DNA of 30,793 nt. It comes from a virus (Duplodnaviria; Caudoviricetes). The notes below the pieces were generated by a model. The model made no database searches, was not told the DNA's origin, and saw only the letters and a list, made by a program, of their open reading frames with translations. The DNA lies in the IMG/VR virus record IMGVR_UViG_3300044655_000685, positions 1-30,793 of that record. One strand, 5' to 3'. Both the position numbers and the translations under genes were made by a program. Shown here piece after piece: positions 7,972-16,700 of the stretch; position 1 is the stretch's first letter, and each line of letters starts with the position of its first letter.

Positions 7972-10026
7972 ATGGATATTTTACCAGCATCACAAAGTTC
8001 AGATTGGTGGACAGTACTCACTGACAATAATCCTATTAAAGGTCGTAACTTACAAGATGGTATTAATCTTCCTGCGTTTGAAAAACTTCAAGTGCAACTA
8101 GCTAAAGCTAAAACAGTACCCGAGCAAATTGGATTATGGCAAGCGTTTTTAAAAAACTCTGCAAACATAAACGAGGCAGGGATGCCTATTGCCAAAAAAG
8201 CGCTTAATACGTGGATGACTGACGGTAAAATGCCGTCTAATGTACAAGCTGCTTTATCTAAAAACCCTTTAGCCCCACTCCCTGCTTTAGCTCAAGCTCA
8301 GTTAACTTATGATAAGACTGACCCTACATCAGTTAAAAACTATGAAACTGCGTTAAAAGACACTTATGGTAATTTAAAAAAAGCAGATGGTACGCCAGAG
8401 TTTACGCCAGCCTATTTAGAAAGTGTAGCAGCAGGGACTATCCCCCAAGATACATTTGATACGCGCATAAATAATATTGCAGTCAAGGCGGCTACTGCTG
8501 ACTTAAAGGCTCAAGGTATTAGTCTTGCTGATGTAGGTGGCGCGGAAGGTCTTGCGAGTAGCGGTAAGTTAGCTGAATATCTAAACGACTCGACTAAATT
8601 AGCCTCAGCCTATACTTCAACTACACCCAGCGGAGTTACACCTCCTAGTGGAGTTACAGGTTTACTCCCTAAAGGGAGTTTTAAAGATGCTAACGGTAAC
8701 TTTGCTTATACTGGGGGAGAGATAGAACCTGATAAAATGACTGAGTTTACACAATCTTACAACCCTAATAAAGGGGTTTACCGCGCACCGTCATTAGATG
8801 CTTCTGGTAAATTAGTTGCTAACTCTACATCACCTTATTCAAACATCTTAAACGGGATGTTATCAGGGTATAAAAATCCTTACGCGGCGGGTTATACAAA
8901 TCAGCTAACTATGCCTGAAACGCCTGATTTAACCAATATCAAAAAATCGTTTGAGAACAACCCCACGTCTAAAGACTTATTAAAATTAGCTAATACTGCT
9001 GGTCAGCCTTACGACCCTAATGCACAAACAAGCTTATCCCCTGCATTATCAAAAATATATCAGCCTAGTATTACTAACTCAGCAGGGAAAGCAACTAAAC
9101 CAGGTGCGCCTGATACAACGAACACAACACTTCCTGTAGTGCCTAAAGCAGGTGAGCCTATTGTTACGGATACAAGTGCAGGTAAACTGGCTGCGGAGAA
9201 ACTGGCTGCGGAGAAACTGGCTGCGGAGAAACTAGCTGCTGGGAAAATGAAATGGGTGCAGGATTTACAAAACTCATCAAACACACCTGTTGACTATTAC
9301 ACAAAGCTTGCAAACAATACGTTATACTCTGACTTGGCATCGACAGGTAAAGCAGCATTAGAGTCTTATAAGTCTTTACCAGCAGTTGCGCCCGAAGTTG
9401 CTAAATCTACCTACTTACAAGAGGCGCAGACTTCATCAAAAACGCCAGTAGAATACTATACAAAACTTGCAAATAGTACAGCTTATCCTGATTTACAAGC
9501 TGCTGGGCAGTCTGGTTTAGCTGCATTAAACGCTCAACAAAATGCACCTGTAACTACGCCTATCACTCAACAACCGTTAGGGGCACCTCAACCTGTAACA
9601 ATAGATAGTTCGGCTGAGCAGGCGAGAAAAGCACTAGGTACACCTCAGCAATTTACGTTGACGTCACCAAATCAACCTCAGTCTGTGACACTAGGTTCAG
9701 GCGTAGCAGGGGTTGTAGACCCTTCAGTAGTTTCTAAAAGTAACTTAAACACCGATGCGTCTAGTGCTTATGGTACAGGAATTGTTCCTAATTTAAATCA
9801 GCAGGTTCAAGCAGCTGCTGTACCTGTGAATCCTAGTCAAATGACTGCGTTACAATCTTTGCAAAATCAACCTGGAATAACCGCTGAACAATATTATGCA
9901 GCACTTGCCGCTAACCCAACCTATGCAGCGGCAGGACAATCAGGTATAGCCGCTCTACAAAACAAACCTGCGCCTATAGTACCCGCTGCCCCACAGGGCA
10001 CCCCACAAACCTTTACATTAACATGA
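7972..10026 (+). CDS. hypothetical low-complexity protein, probable internal virion protein
   Basis: AGGAG RBS; 684 aa rich in A/T/P/Q with internal repeats; lies within the ejection module. Confidence 0.55.
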   Translation: MDILPASQSSDWWTVLTDNNPIKGRNLQDGINLPAFEKLQVQLAKAKTVPEQIGLWQAFLKNSANINEAGMPIAKKALNTWMTDGKMPSNVQAALSKNPLAPLPALAQAQLTYDKTDPTSVKNYETALKDTYGNLKKADGTPEFTPAYLESVAAGTIPQDTFDTRINNIAVKAATADLKAQGISLADVGGAEGLASSGKLAEYLNDSTKLASAYTSTTPSGVTPPSGVTGLLPKGSFKDANGNFAYTGGEIEPDKMTEFTQSYNPNKGVYRAPSLDASGKLVANSTSPYSNILNGMLSGYKNPYAAGYTNQLTMPETPDLTNIKKSFENNPTSKDLLKLANTAGQPYDPNAQTSLSPALSKIYQPSITNSAGKATKPGAPDTTNTTLPVVPKAGEPIVTDTSAGKLAAEKLAAEKLAAEKLAAGKMKWVQDLQNSSNTPVDYYTKLANNTLYSDLASTGKAALESYKSLPAVAPEVAKSTYLQEAQTSSKTPVEYYTKLANSTAYPDLQAAGQSGLAALNAQQNAPVTTPITQQPLGAPQPVTIDSSAEQARKALGTPQQFTLTSPNQPQSVTLGSGVAGVVDPSVVSKSNLNTDASSAYGTGIVPNLNQQVQAAAVPVNPSQMTALQSLQNQPGITAEQYYAALAANPTYAAAGQSGIAALQNKPAPIVPAAPQGTPQTFTLT
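9184..9243 (+). repeat. 15-bp tandem repeat (AAACTGGCTGCGGAG x3 plus a degenerate fourth copy) encoding KLAAE
   Basis: Exact copies at 9184, 9199 and 9214; degenerate copy at 9229. Confidence 0.95.
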
Positions 10027-10451
10027 TAACCCTGCACGCAGTACCTACTGAGTTTATTCAACAGACGTGGCCTTTAGCGAGGCCGCATATTGTGGCTGGT
10101 TTGCAGGAAGGGAGTGGTGAGAATTCACCTAACATGACGTATAATGACGACCATGTACTAAGCTATCTTGTTAACGGTAATTGGGAGCTTTTTGTGGCAG
10201 TAGATGAGCATAACGTAATGAGAGGCGCTGCAACTATCTCGTATATTAACTACCCACTGCATCGAGTTGCGTTTATCACAGCGGTAGGCGGTAGGTTGAT
10301 TGCTACCCAAGATAGTTTTAGCCAATTAAAAAATTTATTTAAAGCACGGGGGGCTACGATGATTCAAGGTTATGGAAGACCTGCTATCATAAGACTCTGG
10401 AGACGCTTTGACTTTCAACCCCGCAGTACCTTACTGGAAGTATCAATATGA
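10023..10451 (+). CDS. GNAT-fold protein (P22 gp14 / T7 gp13-like position)
   Basis: WELFVAVD..MRGAATI...RVAFITAVGG...KARGATMIQGYGRPAIIRLWRRFDF resembles an acetyltransferase fold; lies immediately before a gp7-like gene. Confidence 0.6.
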   Translation: MITLHAVPTEFIQQTWPLARPHIVAGLQEGSGENSPNMTYNDDHVLSYLVNGNWELFVAVDEHNVMRGAATISYINYPLHRVAFITAVGGRLIATQDSFSQLKNLFKARGATMIQGYGRPAIIRLWRRFDFQPRSTLLEVSI

Positions 10452-12052
10452 TTATTAAAAGTTTTAAAAAGTATTTCACAACCTATATCGTACCGACATT
10501 CTATGGTGGCGGAAGCGGGGGCGGTCAGAACACAACTGTGCAACAGCGTAATATTCCAACTGAGTTAAAACCTTATTATGAAGTGCTTTTAAATTCTATG
10601 ATGAAACAAGGGTTTACCTCTGCGGACAATCCTGGAAAACCTGCGCCTAAAATGGCAGAAGATTGGAAACCTCAAACATCTAATTATGCAAATGGCGGTG
10701 AAGTGAAAGGGTATGGGTCTGGCGGTAACGTAACCACAGCAGACCTTAAAAGTCTAGGTATTTTAGGCTCTTCTGGCGGTTTTGGGTCTGCTAAAATTAA
10801 TCCTACAGGCATTACCGCTTACCAGCCTTCTGAGTATATGCTAAATGATGCTGGGGAGTTTGACCCTAACAGAATGGTACAACCAGCATCTGGTTTACAG
10901 AATATGTCTTACTCTGCTGCGGCTCAAATGGGTCTACCTGAGCAAAACCAAACAGCGGCTGATTTATCTAATATTGCCGCAGCAGGAGGGCTTAATACAG
11001 CAACATCTGCCCTTGACTATGGTGGTGCAGGGTATAAAGCGGGTCTTAACTCGGCGCAATTAGGGAATGCGGCGGCTGATACAGCGGCTCAGAACGCGAA
11101 TATTCTAGGTAATAGTGCACAGAACTACGGCGGTCTTGGTGCTGTGATGGGCGCGGCTGGAGCAGGGATTGGTCAGTCTTACGAGAATAAAGCTACTAAT
11201 GCAGGGACAGTTAACGCCTACATGAACCCTTATCTGGAAGCGTCACTGAAACCTCAACTTGCGTTGATGGACCAACAGAATGCTATCGCTAACCAGAAAT
11301 CTAATTCACAAGCAGCGCAAGCTGGGGCGTATGGCGGTAGTCGTCAGATGGTGCAAAATAACCTTAACGACCAGTCTAATCAATTAGCGCAAGCAAACCT
11401 CATCGGTCAAGGCTATAAATCAGCCTACGATACAGCCCAAGGTAATATTTTGCAGGGCTCACAGCTTGGTCTTCAAGGGTACAACACAGGTATTCAAGGT
11501 GCCCAAACAGGACTTCAAGGCGTCACTACGGCTACAGGCGCAGGGCAGTATGGTCTATCTGGCGCTCAAACTGGGTTATCTGGACAAGCACAAGCGATGC
11601 AAGGTGCGGGTGTTGGTCTGTCAGGTGTCGGTGCAGCACAGTCTGGGTATGGTATGGCAGGTACAGCAGGGCAACAACTAGCTAGTATCGGTAATCAGCA
11701 GTTAGCACAACAACAATCTATTGCTGGATTACAAAACCAATTTGGTGCGCAGCAGCAAGCGCTTGGTCAACAAGCTATTAATAATGCTATTAGTTACAAC
11801 GACTATCAACAGAAATATCCTTGGGAAATCATGGGTAATATTGGCAACGTACTTAACGGTGTACAAACTGGTAGTATGACAGGGTATACCCCTTCACCAA
11901 GCCCTCTGTCTCAAGTGGCTGGGTTAGCTGCTACGGGTGTGGGTGCGTATCAAGCATTTAAAAAGAAAGGCGGTGTTATTAAAGAGCCTAAAGCTAAGAG
12001 TGGTGGTATCGGTGACTTAGCGGTGTATAACGCGATGAAAGGAGGAAAATAA
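10448..12052 (+). CDS. DNA-transfer/ejection protein, P22 gp7-like
   Basis: Short basic/hydrophobic leader followed by GGGSGGG; YMNPY and AGAYGGSRQ motifs; Q/G/A-rich; C-terminal hydrophobic GLAATGVGAY. Confidence 0.65.
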   Translation: MIIKSFKKYFTTYIVPTFYGGGSGGGQNTTVQQRNIPTELKPYYEVLLNSMMKQGFTSADNPGKPAPKMAEDWKPQTSNYANGGEVKGYGSGGNVTTADLKSLGILGSSGGFGSAKINPTGITAYQPSEYMLNDAGEFDPNRMVQPASGLQNMSYSAAAQMGLPEQNQTAADLSNIAAAGGLNTATSALDYGGAGYKAGLNSAQLGNAAADTAAQNANILGNSAQNYGGLGAVMGAAGAGIGQSYENKATNAGTVNAYMNPYLEASLKPQLALMDQQNAIANQKSNSQAAQAGAYGGSRQMVQNNLNDQSNQLAQANLIGQGYKSAYDTAQGNILQGSQLGLQGYNTGIQGAQTGLQGVTTATGAGQYGLSGAQTGLSGQAQAMQGAGVGLSGVGAAQSGYGMAGTAGQQLASIGNQQLAQQQSIAGLQNQFGAQQQALGQQAINNAISYNDYQQKYPWEIMGNIGNVLNGVQTGSMTGYTPSPSPLSQVAGLAATGVGAYQAFKKKGGVIKEPKAKSGGIGDLAVYNAMKGGK

Positions 12053-12053
12053 G

Positions 12054-13793
12054 ATGATGAATACCCCTTCTATGTATTCTGTTGACCAGCTACTTAAAGC
12101 TCGCCAAAACGGTGTACCCGACTATGTTGTAGTCCCCATGCTACAAAAAGCAATGGCGCAGAAGCAAGCGATGGCGCAGCAACAAGCGCTTCAACAAGGC
12201 GCACCTAAACCACCCGTAGCACAGCAAATCCTAGACGCCGCTCATAATGATGTCATGCAAGAGCACATGGCTCGCCAAGTGGAAGAAGCTCCAGAACCTC
12301 GTGGCATTGACTCTCTACCTAGTGGTATTGATGAAAGTGATTATGCAGGTGGTGGGATTATTGCTTTTGCTAATGGTACTGATGAAGAGGGTGTACGTGC
12401 ACCTGAAGTAAGTCCTATTGAACTATACTCTCAAAACGCAGATAGAATTGGTGTTACTAACGCTGTGGGAGGTATATCTAATAAAGGGAGTGTTAAACGT
12501 CAACGAAGTATGATTGATAGTATATTAGCCGAACGTGCTGATATCGAAGGTAGACACGGTAAAACTTATAAAGAACATCTCGCAGACTATTATGGACATG
12601 ATAAAACACCAGAGGAAATGGCGCATTATCTAAGCAGTTCTTCTAAATATTCAGGTGTACCTCTTGACGCAGTTATTGATAAAAATAACCCCGACTTAAT
12701 TAAAAAAATCTTGCAGGGTACAGCACGTCAAGAACAAGGGTTACTAAACTTCACTCCTGAAGTTCAAGATGCTATTTTAAAAGGAGCGCCAGTTGCTGTT
12801 AAGGGGCCTAAAGGAGCGTCTAAAATAGCTGCCGCAAGTCAACCTGCTCAACAAGGTATTGCGTCTTTACCAGAAGCTAAAGGTAGTATGGTGTTCCCAG
12901 CAGCACCAGAAGATATGCCTATGCCTCATAGCAAAGAAGAAGAGTCTGCTGCATATAAAGCAAAAGAATTACAAGACTTACTAGGTGAAGACCCTAATGC
13001 CGCAAGACGGGAAGCAAGACTTTCTAAACGTGAAGCTGACTTAGCTGAAGAAAAAGACCGTTCTCCTTGGATGGCTTTAATGCAAGCTGGGTTATCTACA
13101 ATGGCAGGTACTTCTCCTAATGCGTTATCTAATATCGGTGCAGGTGCAACTGAAGGTCTTAAATCCTACGGGGAAGCTCGTAAAGATATCAGTAAAAGCT
13201 CAGACAAACTTATGGACCTTCGTGACGAAGTTGAAACAGCACAACGCGCAGAGAAGAAAGCGATCAAACTTAAAGGGTTTGAAAGTGCTGAAGCTGCTAA
13301 AGCTGCAAATGTTAAAGCCGATGCCGAAAATAAACTTCGTAAATATGAGCATGGCGTAAAAGGCGCTGAATACGGACAGAAAGAAAGAGAGATTCAAGCT
13401 AAAGGTGATTATGAACGTGGTATTGCAGAGTACTACAGAAAAATGGGAGACTATAAACCTGAAGCGGCAGAAAATACAGCACAATTAAACACCGCCAAGG
13501 AAATTAACGATGCTGTTAAAGACTTTAATTCTTCAGTAAACAGTAGATTAAACGAAACTATATCAAAAAACCCTGCACTAAAATACGATGAACTAAAACG
13601 AGCCGCAGCAAGAGATGAAATAGTGCGTGAACTAGCTGTAGGATACCCTGAGCTAGTTAAACTAGGACGTATACAGCTACCTACATCTAGAGCACCCTCA
13701 GGTGCGCCTACAATTACCCCTATTTCTGGCGTACTAGGTAAATCCTCTACGTCAGGTGCTGACTTCGAATATATTGGCCGCCCAAAAGGATAA
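12054..13793 (+). CDS. ejection protein (gp20-like position), coiled-coil, possible degenerate lysozyme-like domain
   Basis: AGGAGG RBS; WMALMQAGLSTMAGTSPNALSNIGAGA segment followed by a long charged helix; lies between the gp7-like and giant genes. Confidence 0.6.
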   Translation: MMNTPSMYSVDQLLKARQNGVPDYVVVPMLQKAMAQKQAMAQQQALQQGAPKPPVAQQILDAAHNDVMQEHMARQVEEAPEPRGIDSLPSGIDESDYAGGGIIAFANGTDEEGVRAPEVSPIELYSQNADRIGVTNAVGGISNKGSVKRQRSMIDSILAERADIEGRHGKTYKEHLADYYGHDKTPEEMAHYLSSSSKYSGVPLDAVIDKNNPDLIKKILQGTARQEQGLLNFTPEVQDAILKGAPVAVKGPKGASKIAAASQPAQQGIASLPEAKGSMVFPAAPEDMPMPHSKEEESAAYKAKELQDLLGEDPNAARREARLSKREADLAEEKDRSPWMALMQAGLSTMAGTSPNALSNIGAGATEGLKSYGEARKDISKSSDKLMDLRDEVETAQRAEKKAIKLKGFESAEAAKAANVKADAENKLRKYEHGVKGAEYGQKEREIQAKGDYERGIAEYYRKMGDYKPEAAENTAQLNTAKEINDAVKDFNSSVNSRLNETISKNPALKYDELKRAAARDEIVRELAVGYPELVKLGRIQLPTSRAPSGAPTITPISGVLGKSSTSGADFEYIGRPKG

Positions 13794-13796
13794 TTT

Positions 13797-16700
13797 ATGC
13801 CTATAGTTAATATCCCCAATATAGGGAAAGTTAATTTCCCTGACGATATGCCTCATGAAGATATTGTTAATACTATTGAATCAGAGATTATTCCTTCTTA
13901 CGAAGCACATTTAGAAAAGACAGGTCCGGTTAATGCAGCTATTGGTGCGTTTAAAAGTGGTATGGGGGCTGCTAATGAAGGTATTGCACAGCCTCTAGAG
14001 GAATTTGGGTTTCCTGAAGCAGCCGCTGGTAGACGTAAAGCGGCTGAAGAGTATAAAGGAGAAGCAGAACAAGCCTTTGAACCTACGTCTGAAGAAGAAG
14101 TAGCTGCTGCACAAAAACAAGGTGTTATTCCTGGTGCATTAAAATGGGGCGAAAAAGAAATAGTAGAACCTATAGCTGGCATCATTGGTCGATACGGCCC
14201 TCAAACAGCCGCAAGTCTTGCGACTGGAGCACTTGCTCCTGAAGCTGCTCTTGGGGTAGGCGCTGCTAGAGCACTCGGATTTATTGGGACAGATATTGCT
14301 CCAGAGATGGGTGAGAATATTGAAGCTGCTAGAGAAGCAGGGACTGAAGAACCGAGTCTTATTGCAAACGTATCAGGCGGTTTAGTAGAAGCTGCCATTG
14401 GGCACTATGGTTTGCCTTTAACAGGTAAATTAGCGGGTACACTATTTAAACGAGCAGAAGAGCTTGCACCTCGTATCCTATCTGGTGAGTTAACTAGAGA
14501 AGCGGCTGTTAAAGAATTAGGTGGCTTTGGGATTAACATTGCCAAAGAAGTAGGGGCAAACGCAGTATCTAATGCTGCTGCAATGACGGGTATAGAGGCC
14601 ACACGTCGAGGTGTTACTGGGCAAGAGTTACTTTCTCCTGAAGCTATAGATAAGTACATGGAAGGTGCAAAGACCGCAGCTATGCTATCGCCTATATTTG
14701 GGGGTGTACATGGAGTTATGAATGTTCGAGGTGCGCGTGGAGCACTGCCAGAAGGTAGAGCAGAAGAGGTTCCAGTAGAACCTACGGCACAGACACAACC
14801 TGCGATGGATGAAAACAGTGGTACGATTAATATTAACGGGCAAAAAACTACTTATACTAAAACTGGTGAGCGTGATGACGGAGAGCCGCTATACACAGTA
14901 GACGTACCTATGCCTGATAATACGGTGCTTAAACAAGACAATCTCACAATGGCGGATATTGCTGAGATGAGTAAAGCAGAACCTCAAGCGCAAGCAGAGG
15001 GACAGCCTACAGGAAGACCTGCGTTTGCTTCTGACCCAGCAGAGCATGGTGATGTTACAGATAGCGAAGTAGCTCAGTATATTACAAGCGTTCAAGAAGG
15101 TTCGTTTGACCCTGTCAATGACCCAACTGATGCTTATATGCATGAAGTAATGAAGATGCAAAAGCCAGAGGTAATAGAGTACGCTAACTCTACAGTATCT
15201 CCTGAGCCTACAAGACGTAGACCTGTGTCTGACGAAGACTTTGACGCATTAAGAGATGAAGAAGCGCCTGAAGAAAATGTAACCTCTGAAGGAGTAGATA
15301 AACAACCTGAGATGACGGATGCACAGTTAGCTGCAGCTGAAACGTCTAGTAGAATGTTTCGTAATGCTAAAGTATTTCATGATGGGTTTCCAGCGGCAGA
15401 AGAAGAGTTTGCCTTATATGGTACTTCTAAAATTCGCGATGACATGATCAAGCATTTTAATAAAGCCTTTAAACCTTTCTTAACCCCTAGAGAGTTAAAA
15501 GGTTTGCGTGAGCATTGGTTTGAAGAAGGTGCGCTTGGCGGCGGTGACTTTACAGGCAATGAATACTTTGATACAGCGCATAACAACGCTGTTGATATGA
15601 CGTTAAGAAACTTTAAAGCGGCTAACGAAAAGACTGCTGAAACAACTAAAGAACCTAAGCCTTCTGTTGCTACGTCTGATATCAATACGGGACACACTGC
15701 GGAGTCTTTGCAGCCTCATTTCACTCCAGAAATGAAACGTCTTGTTGAGAGTGGTAAGCTTACTTTGCACGATACTAGAGATACACTACCCGGCGAAGAC
15801 CATCCAGAGAACGTACAAGGGCTTACAACACCCGAAGGTGAAGTGCATCTTGTTGCCAGTAAGCTTACTCCAGAGACGCTACCTAGAGTGGCGATGCATG
15901 AGATGGGTGTGCACGTTGGTATGAGAGGTATGGTGGGCGATAAAGTCTGGGGTGATTTAACGTCTCAAGCTCTAACTACTAAAGGTGAAGCGTTTGACCG
16001 CGCTCGCAAATCCGTGCCTGAAAATACCCCAGAGCACTTAAAGGGCGAAGAGACCCTAGCTTACTTAGTTGAGAACGCGCCTCATCTACCCATAGTAAAA
16101 CGTGCAGTATCTGCTATTAAAAACTGGGCACGCACCACATTTGGTGCAAGACTTAGCATCACCGAGTCAGACATTCATCATCTTGCAGCTAAAGCACTTC
16201 GCAAAGAATCCCAAACCTCTGAGCGTTCTGTTAGACTAGACATTTCAACCAACAAAAAAGGAGACGTTAATGGACAATTTTATACCGGCACCAGCCAGGG
16301 AGAATTTCCTGGATCAAGAAACCTTCGAGGAAGCGCTAGGGTTCTGGCAGAGTCGAGTGGGCAGGCTAATGGGTATGAGGGGCGTGACTCGGACGGGAGC
16401 CTCACCGGTCTCCCAAGAAACATCAAAGGGTTCACCCCAAGCCACTTCAAACCAGCAGAACAGATAGCAGCTGCTTATATGAAGGCTGCTGGGCTCCCGT
16501 ATAACCCGCCAGCGAAATACGTTAAAGTTGATATCAAAAGGGCAAAACGCATAGCAGATGCTTATGATGCTATGCCGCATGACCCTCAAAACCCAAAAGT
16601 TAAGGCTGCCTACGCTCAAATGATAAAAGAAACAGTGGCACAATATAAAGCCATGCTGTCTTCAGGAATCACAGTAGAATTTGCCCCTAGAGGTGTAGAC

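Noticed and set aside
3270-12377. Ubiquitin-like conjugation system (FCCH-like domains plus GG motifs)
   Set aside because: No E1 adenylation, E2, JAB or Ubl-fold gene is visible. The GG motifs are internal, and FCCH-like domains are common structural inserts in tail proteins.
15742-15924. Second nested ORF (60 aa) in the giant gene
   Set aside because: Non-ATG start, no SD, and it overlaps a conserved host-frame domain.
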